Shown one piece after another: positions 31,536 through 42,012 of a stretch of 64,000 bases of DNA; positions within the stretch are counted from its first letter, which is position 1, and the number at the start of each line of letters is the position of its first letter. A model generated the notes under the pieces. It searched no databases. It was not told the DNA's origin and saw nothing but the letters and a program-made list of their open reading frames with translations. Origin of the DNA: Acutalibacteraceae bacterium (GTDB taxonomy: Bacteria; Bacillota; Clostridia; Oscillospirales; Acutalibacteraceae); the NCBI GenBank assembly GCA_045600535.1, contig JAZRYD010000018.1:50505-114504 (forward strand), read 5' to 3'. The translations under genes were made by a program, and so were the position numbers.

Positions 31536-32873
31536 ATGAACTTTTTAACATCGGTTTTATTCAAGGTCATAACGGGCTTTTTCAGCTTCGTTACGGCAAT
31601 TACTTCGATTTTCAGTCCCATGGGCGGCAAGCTTCCCGAAGCTCCCGATGATTTCACACCCGTACTGCGTTTTGCGGTATGCAGCGATGTTCATCTGAGC
31701 GGCGAAGAGAATCAGCCGAGCGCTCTTAAATTTGCGACCTTCTTTGATGATACCTACGCTTATGCAGAGGGTACGAATTATAAAAAGGTTGATGCCTTTG
31801 TTGTTGCCGGAGATATGACCAACGGCGGCAGAGACCACGAATATCAGAGATTCCTGAAAATAAAGAATGACCATATCAAAGAAGGAACGGAATTTATAAC
31901 CGTTCTCGGCAATCACGAGTTTATCGAATACAGAGATACCGATTCCACCGTTGCATATACAAAATATAAAGAGTATATGGGCAAGGAAGTTGACACAAAC
32001 AACAATATCAACGGTTATCATATTATCGGCGTATCCTATGCCGACGATGCAAAGACCTTTAACGGCAAGCAGGGCTGGCTTAAGGAACAGCTTGACGCCG
32101 CAAAGAAAGAGGATGCTTCAAAGCCCGTTTTCGTTATTCAGCATCCGCACCCGTTTGCAACCGTTTACGGCAGCGTTAACTGGAGCGACTTAACAACCAA
32201 AACCGTGCTTATGAATTACCCCAATGTTATTGATTTTTCAGGCCACTCACACTATGCCGCCAATGACCCCAGAGTTATCTGGCAGGGTGCTTTCACCGCA
32301 GTCGGAACAGGTTCTCTTTCGGCCTCGATAGTCAATGTCGGCTATATTGAGGGTGACTGCGATGCTCCCGGCGAATCCGGAACATACTGGATTGTTGAAG
32401 CCGATGCAAACGGCAATGTCCGTCTCAAGCTCTATGACGCAGTAAGCCATAAATTCTTTGAGAAGAACGATTATTATCTCCCCGGTGTTGCAAACCGTTC
32501 ATCTCATTATTATAACTGGAATAACCTCAAGGCGCTTGACACAACTCCCGTATTCCCCGATGGTGCAGATGTTAAGGCTCGTGCCGACAGAGACGGCAAT
32601 ATGATTCTTTCATTCCCGAATGCCGAAAGCTACTGGGGTACGGAAACCTATTATGTTGAGCTTAAGGGTGCGGAAAGCGCTTCGGATATAATCATTTCAA
32701 ACTATGTCAGAGCAGGTGAAGATACTATGAATATCAACACCTCGGATATGCTCTCCGACGGCAGAAAGTTCCCCGCAGGTGAATATACCTATTCAATCAA
32801 GCCCATGAGCCCCTACGGAAAATCGGGCAAGGCACTTGAAGGCACTCTCACATATGACGGAAAAATAAACTGA
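31536..32873 (+). CDS. Calcineurin-like metallophosphoesterase with amphipathic N-terminal segment
   Basis: SDVH, AGDMT, GNHE, QHPHP, SGHSH motifs. Confidence 0.88.
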   Translation: MNFLTSVLFKVITGFFSFVTAITSIFSPMGGKLPEAPDDFTPVLRFAVCSDVHLSGEENQPSALKFATFFDDTYAYAEGTNYKKVDAFVVAGDMTNGGRDHEYQRFLKIKNDHIKEGTEFITVLGNHEFIEYRDTDSTVAYTKYKEYMGKEVDTNNNINGYHIIGVSYADDAKTFNGKQGWLKEQLDAAKKEDASKPVFVIQHPHPFATVYGSVNWSDLTTKTVLMNYPNVIDFSGHSHYAANDPRVIWQGAFTAVGTGSLSASIVNVGYIEGDCDAPGESGTYWIVEADANGNVRLKLYDAVSHKFFEKNDYYLPGVANRSSHYYNWNNLKALDTTPVFPDGADVKARADRDGNMILSFPNAESYWGTETYYVELKGAESASDIIISNYVRAGEDTMNINTSDMLSDGRKFPAGEYTYSIKPMSPYGKSGKALEGTLTYDGKIN

Positions 32874-32897
32874 ACAATATTTGTTGAAAAACAAGGA

Positions 32898-32939
32898 AAC
32901 CCCGAAAGGTCTGTACTTGATGTATGACCTTTCGGGGTT
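32898..32939. terminator. Hairpin/terminator between convergent genes
   Basis: AACCCCGAAAGGTC...GACCTTTCGGGGTT; U-rich tail on the minus strand. Confidence 0.7.
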
Positions 32940-33043
32940 GATGCTGTTATTCGGCACATATGCCGCAAAAACCACAAACCGTTTTATGAAGCAGTGCCCT
33001 TAGGCAGGCTTTTTAGTTAAAAGTTAAAGATATTTTTTATGAA

Positions 33044-33253
33044 TCAGGCTTTATTGCTTTTCCAAAATTTGTATACTTCGCTTGCCCATTCCTCAATTGA
33101 ATCGTGTGATGACATTTCAATATCCTGCGTATAGATATCTTTTACTCCGCTTTTTTGAATGGCAAAATCAGCTTCTTCTGCTTTTAAATGGTAGTTTTTC
33201 ATTAAAAGATGTTTAATCCATTTCATAGATTGTTCAACAATATTATTTTCCAT
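33044..33253 (-). CDS. Small hypothetical protein, candidate partner/antitoxin of the DUF3990-like protein
   Basis: AT-rich ORF directly downstream of 33305-33886; start at 33253 or 33277 (or nearby) uncertain. Confidence 0.6.
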   Translation of the reverse strand: MENNIVEQSMKWIKHLLMKNYHLKAEEADFAIQKSGVKDIYTQDIEMSSHDSIEEWASEVYKFWKSNKA

Positions 33254-33304
33254 AATTAAAACACCCATTCCTTTCACCTCCTATTATATGGTATAACGTT
33301 CGGG

Positions 33305-33886
33305 TTATACTTCTTCAGCAGAAATTATTTTCAGTAATTCAAATGCCTTGTCAGAATGGAAAGAAATCTGATTTCCCCATACAGGCTGAAAACCTATATC
33401 TACACTGTTTATCATTTGAAGCACATCATCTGCATTAAAATGTTTTTTTGAAAATTTGATATTACTTACTATACTGGAAATACCGGCATCGGCGGTCGGA
33501 TCATAAACCAAATCATATGTCAAATCCAGATTATGATTATATCCTGAAAAGGCTTCACTGTTTTTTATAAATGATGTTTTTCCAATCCTGTTAATTACAA
33601 CAAAATATTTCCATTCAGTACAAACAGCATCAAATCGTTTAACAGATATATCAGAGCCGATTTCATTTTCAAGGAAATCAAATTTAATAACAACCGGTTT
33701 AATACCTCGATTGTTTATTTTTTGCTTTAAAACAATTTGTTCCGCACGTTTTTTCGCAAATTCAAAATCGGGAGTTGTATAAAATCCTTTGAAATTATCG
33801 GTTGAGTCGTTACATTTTGAAAGAATGATTCCGTTTTTTAAAATATTTTCCATACTGATATTATCTGTTCCGTGAAAGACTTCCAT
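33305..33886 (-). CDS. DUF3990-like protein (ADP-ribosyltransferase-like fold)
   Basis: MEVFHGT, DNFKGFYTT, EW..FV..NR, YDLVY.PTAD, QISFHS; AT-rich. Confidence 0.72.
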   Translation of the reverse strand: MEVFHGTDNISMENILKNGIILSKCNDSTDNFKGFYTTPDFEFAKKRAEQIVLKQKINNRGIKPVVIKFDFLENEIGSDISVKRFDAVCTEWKYFVVINRIGKTSFIKNSEAFSGYNHNLDLTYDLVYDPTADAGISSIVSNIKFSKKHFNADDVLQMINSVDIGFQPVWGNQISFHSDKAFELLKIISAEEV

Positions 33887-34073
33887 ATGTAATCGTCCCC
33901 TCTACCTTGTTAATTATAACACTGCTGTAAAAAAAATTCAACAGAAATTTGGATAATAAATAATTAACAACTCTATAAGATAAAAAGAAGAAGTCACACG
34001 CAGTCAATAAAAACCGTTTTTCTCTTGACTAAATTCCGATACGGTGAGATAATTGACAAAAGGAAGTGAGACG

Positions 34074-34718
34074 ATGGGAAAAATATCTCCGTCAATGATG
34101 TGTGCCGATATATGCGAGCTTAAAAGCACGGTTGACGAATTTGAAAAATGCGGAATAGAATATCTGCATATTGATATAATGGACGGAATTTTCGTGCCGA
34201 ATTTCACTCTCGGAACGGATTACTGCCGCAGCCTTAAAAAGATAACTGATATACCGCTTGATATTCATCTGATGATAACCGAGCCGGAAAAGAAGCTTGA
34301 TTGGTTTGAATTCGGTGAGGGCGATATTGTTTCGGTTCACGCCGAAAGCACGGTTCATCTGCAAAAGGCACTTGCCGCCGTTAAAAGCAGGGGAGCAAAG
34401 GCTTTTGCCGCGCTCAATCCGTCAACTCCGCTCTGCACGCTCGATTATGTGCTTGACGATATTGACGGCGTTACGGTTATGGCGGTCAATCCCGGATTCG
34501 CGGGTCAGAAGATGATACCGTCAACGCTTGAAAAAATCAGGCAGGTGCGCAGACTCACAGGCGAAAAGGAAATTGAGGTTGACGGAAATGTCAGCTTTGA
34601 AAACGCCGTTAAAATGAAAGAAGCCGGAGCGGATATTTTTGTTGCGGGAACATCAAGCGTATTCGCAAACGGCGTTTCTCTGCGTGACGGAATTGAGAAA
34701 CTGCGAGGTGTAATATGA
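34074..34718 (+). CDS. rpe: Ribulose-phosphate 3-epimerase family protein (possibly AlsE-like)
   Basis: ISPSMMCAD, HIDIMDG.FVPN, DIHLM, MAVNPGFAGQ, EVDG, VAGT. Confidence 0.85.
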   Translation: MGKISPSMMCADICELKSTVDEFEKCGIEYLHIDIMDGIFVPNFTLGTDYCRSLKKITDIPLDIHLMITEPEKKLDWFEFGEGDIVSVHAESTVHLQKALAAVKSRGAKAFAALNPSTPLCTLDYVLDDIDGVTVMAVNPGFAGQKMIPSTLEKIRQVRRLTGEKEIEVDGNVSFENAVKMKEAGADIFVAGTSSVFANGVSLRDGIEKLRGVI

Positions 34719-35617
34719 AAGCATTGGTTTTCGGTTCGCTCAATATTGATAAGGTTTATACTCTTGCCGCTTTGCCCGAAAAGGGAGAAACGCTCACAAG
34801 CGAAAAATATGAAATTCATGTCGGCGGTAAGGGGCTTAATCAGTCGCTTTCACTTGCCTATTCGGGTATGAATGTGTATATGGCGGGTCAAATCGGTTCG
34901 GACGGGATTTTCTTAAAGGAATATCTTGAAAAAGCCGGAGTGAATACCGATTTTATAAAAATAACCGACGGCTTTACGGGTCACGCCGTTATCGAGGTTG
35001 ACCGTGACGGGCAGAATCAGATGATACTTTTTCCGGGCGCAAACCGTAAAATCACGGCGGAATACTGCGATGAAATTCTGAAAAGCTTCTCGGCGGGCGA
35101 CCTTATTCTGATGCAGTATGAAACCTCTCAGGTTGAATATATGATAAAAAAGGCGCATGATAAGGGCTTAAAGGTTGCTCTGAACCCCTCACCCTATACC
35201 GAAAAACTGAAAGCACTTCCCTATGATATGATTGATTTTCTCATTCTCAATGAGTTTGAGGGACAGAGCATTTCGGGCGAAAGCGAAACGGATAAGGTTA
35301 TTTCAAAGCTTTGTCCGATGCTCGGAAACGGAAGCGTTATATTGACTCTCGGCGGTGACGGTGCGATGTATTCCGACGGCAGGAAAACCGTAAAAGTGCC
35401 TGCATTTAAGGTTAACGCCGTTGATACCACCGGAGCGGGCGATACCTTTACGGGTTATGTTTTAAACGCTCTGCTCGGCGGAAAAAGTGCGGAATATGCG
35501 CTCACCTTCGCAAGCGGAGCTTCGGCAATTGCGGTAACAAAATCCGGCGCTGCCGAAACCATACCGACCCGTGATGATGTTGTTGAATTTCTTGAAAGGA
35601 ACGGTAAAAATGTATAA
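34715..35617 (+). CDS. rbsK: Ribokinase (PfkB family)
   Basis: GSLNID, GGKGLNQ, LNEFE, DTTGAGDTF. Confidence 0.82.
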   Translation: MKALVFGSLNIDKVYTLAALPEKGETLTSEKYEIHVGGKGLNQSLSLAYSGMNVYMAGQIGSDGIFLKEYLEKAGVNTDFIKITDGFTGHAVIEVDRDGQNQMILFPGANRKITAEYCDEILKSFSAGDLILMQYETSQVEYMIKKAHDKGLKVALNPSPYTEKLKALPYDMIDFLILNEFEGQSISGESETDKVISKLCPMLGNGSVILTLGGDGAMYSDGRKTVKVPAFKVNAVDTTGAGDTFTGYVLNALLGGKSAEYALTFASGASAIAVTKSGAAETIPTRDDVVEFLERNGKNV

Positions 35618-36449
35618 GCAGAAATTATGCTTCGGACTTGAGTCCGATTTCGGAATGCCTCTTGAAGAGCTTATAAAAGTATACAGTCAGACGGGGTTCG
35701 AGGCACTTTTTATAGACGATACAGCACGAAAGGTTGATATTCCGAAGATTGCGGCACTCACGCGGGAAACGGGAATGGAGGTTCAGTCAATCCATGCACC
35801 GTTCAACCGTTCCGATGATATGTGGGACAGCGACGTTGAGCTCGGCAATATTGCAATGAATGAGCTTATCGAATATGCCGAAAAGTGTGCAAAAATCGAA
35901 ATTCCCATAATGGTAACTCATGCCTTTATCGGTTTTGATTCCGACCTTGTGCCGAATCAGGCGGGTGTTGAAAGATACGGCAGAGTTGCCGAAAGATGTG
36001 CAGAGCTCGGAGTAAAGCTTGCACTTGAAAACACCGAGGGACTTGAATTTCTTGATACACTGCTGACTGCATTCAAAGAAAATAAAAGTGTCGGCTTCTG
36101 CTGGGACTCGGGTCACGAAATGTGCTATAATTTCGGCGTTGATTTGCTTGAAAGATACGGTGACAGACTTTTCTGCACACACCTTAACGATAACCTCGGC
36201 GTGAGCAGGTTTGATGGTAAAATATACTGGACGGACGATTTGCATCTGCTTCCGTTTGACGGTATAAGGGATTGGAAGCTTGCCGCCGAAAGGCTGAATA
36301 AATGCGGGTTCGACGGTCCGCTGACCTTTGAACTGATTAAGCATTCAAAGCCGAACCGTCACGAGAACGATGGCTACGATGCAATGAGCACCGGGCAATA
36401 TGTTGCGGAAGCTTATAAAAGAGCCTGCCGCTTCGCTGCAATGAGATAA
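35610..36449 (+). CDS. Sugar phosphate isomerase/epimerase (TIM barrel)
   Basis: SIHAPF, ALENT, WDSGH, THLNDN, DLHLLPFDG. Confidence 0.85.
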   Translation: MYKQKLCFGLESDFGMPLEELIKVYSQTGFEALFIDDTARKVDIPKIAALTRETGMEVQSIHAPFNRSDDMWDSDVELGNIAMNELIEYAEKCAKIEIPIMVTHAFIGFDSDLVPNQAGVERYGRVAERCAELGVKLALENTEGLEFLDTLLTAFKENKSVGFCWDSGHEMCYNFGVDLLERYGDRLFCTHLNDNLGVSRFDGKIYWTDDLHLLPFDGIRDWKLAAERLNKCGFDGPLTFELIKHSKPNRHENDGYDAMSTGQYVAEAYKRACRFAAMR

Positions 36450-36525
36450 ATATACAGTATAGAAGCTCCCTTTGAAAATTTGTTTTCGTAGGGAGTTTCT
36501 GCTGTTATTAAAAGAGCTGATATAA

Positions 36526-37174
<649 letters not shown>

Positions 37175-37241
37175 AAATACATATCTTTTTGCATTAAAAT
37201 ATATTCCATTTTCCGAACCGGTATGCTATAATTAAAAAAAC

Positions 37242-37892
37242 TTATTTAAGCAAGTCGAGCGAAATCGGCGGGATATTGTCGAGCGTTTTTTCAAGTATGG
37301 CTTTTTCGGTGATGCTCATAACCGTTTTGAGTGCTTCCGGCATAGGTTCATCTTCACACGGATTCAGCTTATTTTCACTCGGTACTATGCTTGCTGCCGC
37401 CGCACGGTCAATTATGCTCAGATAAAGCTCCGATAGATTGACGTTTCCGTTATTCGCAAGCTTTCCCGCCCAGCTTTTGGGCAGATTGCCCGCCTTTGCC
37501 TCAAGCAGCACCAGTTTATAAAGCTGAGCCGAAATAAATTCATTGATATGCAGTCCGTGGGTTGCGTCGTTCCGTGAAAGCGTTTCACCCACAATACATA
37601 TTGCCTTGATTATCGTTTTGCGAATAGGGTCTGCATCGGTTTCCTCACTCAGAAGCAGCGATTTAAAATCGCCCATTCCCTGACGGTCTGTGGATTTTCC
37701 GAGAAGATAATCACAGGTTACGCCGTAAAAATCGGCTGTTTTAAGCAGAAAACTCTGGCTGCATTCTCTTATTCCCTTTTCGTAATGAGAAAGCAAAGCC
37801 TGTGAAATTCCGAGCTGTTCCGCGGCTTCTTTCTGGCTCAGGCCCTTTTCCTTGCGGAGTTCACTTAATATAACAGGAAAGCTTTTTTTCAT
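37242..37892 (-). CDS. XRE-family HTH transcriptional regulator
   Basis: LRKEKGLSQKEAAEQLGISQALLSHYEKG...DYLLG. Confidence 0.9.
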   Translation of the reverse strand: MKKSFPVILSELRKEKGLSQKEAAEQLGISQALLSHYEKGIRECSQSFLLKTADFYGVTCDYLLGKSTDRQGMGDFKSLLLSEETDADPIRKTIIKAICIVGETLSRNDATHGLHINEFISAQLYKLVLLEAKAGNLPKSWAGKLANNGNVNLSELYLSIIDRAAAASIVPSENKLNPCEDEPMPEALKTVMSITEKAILEKTLDNIPPISLDLLK

Positions 37893-37982
37893 AAAATCAC
37901 CTGTCTGTAATTTTTACCGCGTCATTATAACATACATTATACAATTTGTATAGTCCTTTTTGAAAAAATTTTGGAGGAAGCA

Positions 37983-38615
37983 ATGAAATCATACACAATC
38001 TATCTTATCAGACACGGTCAGACCGCCGAAAACCTTGAGGGCAGATATATCGGACATACCGATGTTCCGCTGAGTGAGGACGGTAAAGAACAGCTTATCA
38101 ACGAGAAAAACGAAATGGTTTTTCCGTATATTGATGCGCTTTTCACAAGTCCGCTCAAACGCTGCACCGAAACGGCGGCGATACTTTATCCCGATGCAAA
38201 GCCGATAACGATTGACGGCTTCATCGAGTGCAATTTCGGAGAATTTGAGGGAAAAACCGCCAAGGAGCTGGAAAAAAGTCCCGTTTTTCCGAAATGGCTT
38301 GCAGGTGAAAAGGGAGTTGAACCTCCGTTCGGCGAAAGCAACGAGGCATTCGGAAAAAGAGTGTGTGAAGCATTTGAGAAGGTTGCCGAGGGACTTATGA
38401 AAACGGGTGTTACGGAAGCCGCAATCGTAACTCACGGCGGTGTTATTATGACAATTCTTTCCGCTTACGGTCTGCCGGAGCTGCCCATGCACGAATGGAT
38501 AACCCCGAACGGCTGCGGATTTACAATAAAAATAAATCCGTCACTTTGGATGAGGGCGAAAAAATTCGAGGTGTTCAGCGAATTTCCGTATGAAAGAGAA
38601 AATCTGCCGGACTGA
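37983..38615 (+). CDS. Histidine phosphatase family protein
   Basis: LIRHGQT, SPLKRC, ECNFG, VTHGG. Confidence 0.9.
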   Translation: MKSYTIYLIRHGQTAENLEGRYIGHTDVPLSEDGKEQLINEKNEMVFPYIDALFTSPLKRCTETAAILYPDAKPITIDGFIECNFGEFEGKTAKELEKSPVFPKWLAGEKGVEPPFGESNEAFGKRVCEAFEKVAEGLMKTGVTEAAIVTHGGVIMTILSAYGLPELPMHEWITPNGCGFTIKINPSLWMRAKKFEVFSEFPYERENLPD

Positions 38616-38625
38616 GGTGTTATAA

Positions 38626-40374
38626 ATGGGAAAATTTGAAATAAGAAAAGACGGTTTTTATCTGAACGATGCTCCGTTCAGAATCATTTCGGGTGCGATT
38701 CACTATTTCAGAGTGCCCGCCGAATATTGGAAAGACAGGCTTCTTAAGCTGAAAGCCTGCGGATTCAACACGGTTGAAACCTATATTGCGTGGAATATGC
38801 ACGAGAAAACCGAGGGAAAATTCGATTATTCGGATATGCTTGATATTGAAAAATTCCTCGATACCGCCGCTGAGCTCGGACTTTATGCCATTGTGCGCCC
38901 GGGCCCGTATATCTGCTCCGAATGGGATTTCGGCGGTCTGCCCTGGTGGCTTCTTAAAGACGACGGCATACAGCTTCGCTGTATGAATAAATCTTACATA
39001 AGTGCGGTTGACCGCTTCTTTGATGATTTCATTCCCCGCCTTGCAAAGCATCAGATAACCGAGGGCGGAAATGTTATTCTTGTTCAGGTTGAGAATGAAT
39101 ACGGCAGCTACGGCGATGACAGCGAATATATAAGATACCTCGCCGACGGAATGAAAAACAGGGGTATCAATGTTCCGTTCTTCACCTCAGACGGTGCGGA
39201 ATATCAGATGCTGACGGGCGGAACCGTTCCCGAAATTCACAAAACCGCAAACTTCGGTTCACGCGCCGGAGAACAGTTTGCACGCCTGAGAGAATATCAG
39301 CCGGACGGTCCTCTGATGTGTACCGAATACTGGAACGGCTGGTTTGACCATTGGTCGGAGGAGCATCACAGCAGAACGCCCGAAGAAGCGGCGAAAAATC
39401 TTGATGAAATTCTTTCGCTCGGTGCGAGCGTTTCGGCTTATATGTTCCACGGCGGCACTAATTTCGGCTTTATGAACGGCGCAAATGATTATGATGCCTA
39501 TGAGCCGACAGTTTCAAGCTATGATGATGATGCACCCGTGGGCGAAAGCGGCGAGCTTAAGGAAAAATATTTCAGATTCAGAGAGGTCATTTCAAAATAT
39601 GCACCCGTTCCCGAGGTTGAACTTTTGCCTCAGGTTAAAAAGAAGAGGTACGGTGAAATAAAATTCACCCGTTCCGCAAAGCTCTTTGATAATCTCGATA
39701 AGCTTTCCTCACCCGTTTCGCTTGTTATGCCCGTTTCAATGGAAAAGCTCGGTCAGGGTTACGGTTATATTCTCTATAAAACAACCGTGAGAGGCCCGCG
39801 CGGTGAGCAGCCAGTCAGACTTCAGCAGGTGCACGACAGAGGATATATCTATCTTGACCGCAAATTAAAGGGCATTCAGTACAGAAACGATACCGAAAAC
39901 AAGGTTTCGCTTTCAATTGATAAGGACGGCAACGAGCTTGCCGTGCTGGTTGAAAATATGGGCAGAGTGAATTACGGCGCAAAGCTCCGCGATTTCAAGG
40001 GTATCACCGAGGGAATCGGCTTCGGCAATAATTTTATCTATCATTGGCAGGCTTATCCGCTCCCGTTTGACGATATTTCAAAGGTTGATTTCAGGGAGGG
40101 CGTTGAAGCCTTTGACGGCGAACCCGTTCTGCTTAAAGCCGAATTTGAGGTTGATGAATGCTGCGATACTTTTGTAAAGCTTCCGACCTTTACAAAAGGA
40201 ATTATCATCGTCAACGGCAGAGTGCTTTCAAGACATTGGAGCATCGGCCCTCAGCGTTCGGCATATCTTCCCGCACCGTTCCTCAAAAAAGGAAAGAACG
40301 AAATTGTTATTCTTGAAACCGAGGGATTTGAAACTCCCTGCGCAATTCTCGATAATGAGCAGGATATCGGCTGA
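38626..40374 (+). CDS. Beta-galactosidase, GH35
   Basis: SGAIHYFR, RPGPYICSEW.FGGLP, QVENEYG, TEYWNGWFDHW, YMFHGGTNFG. Confidence 0.94.
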   Translation: MGKFEIRKDGFYLNDAPFRIISGAIHYFRVPAEYWKDRLLKLKACGFNTVETYIAWNMHEKTEGKFDYSDMLDIEKFLDTAAELGLYAIVRPGPYICSEWDFGGLPWWLLKDDGIQLRCMNKSYISAVDRFFDDFIPRLAKHQITEGGNVILVQVENEYGSYGDDSEYIRYLADGMKNRGINVPFFTSDGAEYQMLTGGTVPEIHKTANFGSRAGEQFARLREYQPDGPLMCTEYWNGWFDHWSEEHHSRTPEEAAKNLDEILSLGASVSAYMFHGGTNFGFMNGANDYDAYEPTVSSYDDDAPVGESGELKEKYFRFREVISKYAPVPEVELLPQVKKKRYGEIKFTRSAKLFDNLDKLSSPVSLVMPVSMEKLGQGYGYILYKTTVRGPRGEQPVRLQQVHDRGYIYLDRKLKGIQYRNDTENKVSLSIDKDGNELAVLVENMGRVNYGAKLRDFKGITEGIGFGNNFIYHWQAYPLPFDDISKVDFREGVEAFDGEPVLLKAEFEVDECCDTFVKLPTFTKGIIIVNGRVLSRHWSIGPQRSAYLPAPFLKKGKNEIVILETEGFETPCAILDNEQDIG

Positions 40375-40441
40375 AAACAGTTGTTTTTTACAAAATAATG
40401 ATGTATAATCTATAACATAAACTTTGAAAGAAGGCAATAAT

Positions 40442-41221
40442 ATGAGTAAACCCGTAATGGGCATCCAGCTTTACACTCTCAGAGACCACATTCAGACCGC
40501 CGAGGATTTTGATAAAACCCTTGCAAGACTTTCCGCAATGGGTGTTACCGATGTTCAGATTTCCGGCATCGGCGATATTCCCGCCGAGGTTCAGAAAGAA
40601 ATTCTCGATAAGAATAATATGAAGGTCTGCATAACTCACAAGAGCTTTGAAAGAATGCAGAATGACCTTGATAATCTTTCAAACGAGCATAAAATCATTG
40701 AATGCGATGCTCTCGGAATCGGAAGCGCACCGTCCGAATCAAGAGGAAATTCCCGTTCAATCAGAAAATTCATCGCCGAAGCCGAAGAAATCGGCAGAAA
40801 GCTTAAGGCAAACGGTCAGACCTTCAATTATCATAATCACGCTTTTGAATTTCACAGACTTGACGATATGGCAAAATGTATGATGGATTTGCTCATTGAC
40901 GAAGCCGACCCCGAGCTTTTCAACTTCATTCCCGATGTTGCTTGGATAGATTACGGCGGCGCAGACCCCGTTGAAGTGCTTCACCGTATGAAGGGCAGAG
41001 TTAAGGTTCTCCACTTCAAGGATTATATCATTGATAACGAGGGCTACAGAAAATTCGTTTCACTCGGTCAGGGCGTTGTTGACCTCAAGGCGTGCTATGA
41101 GGCAGCCGCCGAGCTCGGTATACCTTATATTATGTATGAGCAGGACTGCGACTGGAAAAACGGTGACCCGTTTGCTTCAACCGAAGAATCCTGGGCATTT
41201 ATGCAGAGTCTTATAAAATAA
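40442..41221 (+). CDS. Sugar phosphate isomerase/epimerase (TIM barrel)
   Basis: GIQLYTLRD, YHNHAFEF, DVAW, LHFKD, YEQD. Confidence 0.88.
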   Translation: MSKPVMGIQLYTLRDHIQTAEDFDKTLARLSAMGVTDVQISGIGDIPAEVQKEILDKNNMKVCITHKSFERMQNDLDNLSNEHKIIECDALGIGSAPSESRGNSRSIRKFIAEAEEIGRKLKANGQTFNYHNHAFEFHRLDDMAKCMMDLLIDEADPELFNFIPDVAWIDYGGADPVEVLHRMKGRVKVLHFKDYIIDNEGYRKFVSLGQGVVDLKACYEAAAELGIPYIMYEQDCDWKNGDPFASTEESWAFMQSLIK

Positions 41222-41222
41222 T

Positions 41223-41267
41223 AAAAATCAGGGTTGTGACAGTTTAAACTGCCGCAGCCCTGATTTT
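41223..41267. terminator. Bidirectional terminator
   Basis: AAAATCAGGGTTGTG...CGCAGCCCTGATTTT. Confidence 0.8.
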
Positions 41268-41280
41268 ATCGGTTAAAGTT

Positions 41281-41988
41281 TTATTCTGTTTTGCCTTTTT
41301 TCTTTTTCTGTTTATCCGAATACCATTTCATAAATATCGAAAGAACAATGGAAAATGCGGTAACGGGCAAAACATAAAGCGCTGTTTTCGGGTCGGAAAA
41401 ATCGCCCTTGTTTCCGGCTATTGACCACAGAATATTCAGCGGCAGAGCGCCGAACGCTGCGGCAATAATGAATTTTTTAAAGCTTATTCCGATAGCGCCG
41501 AAAACGAGATTTGTTATATCCCCGGGAATCATATTGGTTGATTTAAAAATGAAGGTGACGAGAAATTCGTTTTCCCCGATGAAATCATCTATTTTTTTAA
41601 CCTTGGGATATTTGCGCCTGAGCGAATCATACATTCCCGCACCCGTGAATCTGCCGAGAAAATAGGGTATCAGCACGCTGAGAACATTTGCAATAAAATT
41701 TACGCCTATGGCAACAAAAACATTGTCAAATACGAGTCCCGAAACGGCATAAATAAGCGACGGCGAAATGACCAGCGCAAACGATTTTACAACGGAAAAA
41801 GCAATTATAATCAGCGCAACGGTCAGAACGCTTCCCGAAAGCCACTGCTCCAGAACCGAAATATTCCGAAGCGAAATATTATATTTTTTCATCAGCATCA
41901 GAGCGGCAATGAGCATTGCCGCCATAAGCACTGCGGACGCCGTCTGAAGAACTTTTATCAGGCGGTCATATTTTTTATTCTGTTCCAT
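41281..41988 (-). CDS. TVP38/DedA (VTT domain) membrane protein
   Basis: Hydrophobic; KSFALV.SP, PYFLGR, IPGD, F.KF...G.LP. Confidence 0.82.
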   Translation of the reverse strand: MEQNKKYDRLIKVLQTASAVLMAAMLIAALMLMKKYNISLRNISVLEQWLSGSVLTVALIIIAFSVVKSFALVISPSLIYAVSGLVFDNVFVAIGVNFIANVLSVLIPYFLGRFTGAGMYDSLRRKYPKVKKIDDFIGENEFLVTFIFKSTNMIPGDITNLVFGAIGISFKKFIIAAAFGALPLNILWSIAGNKGDFSDPKTALYVLPVTAFSIVLSIFMKWYSDKQKKKKGKTE

Positions 41989-42012
41989 ATTATTCGCCTG
42001 CTTTGCGAAAAA

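Noticed and set aside
32940-33020. Possible ncRNA or riboswitch between the phosphoesterase and the AT-rich cassette
   Set aside because: Only short weak hairpins and no recognisable family motif; cannot be supported without an Rfam scan
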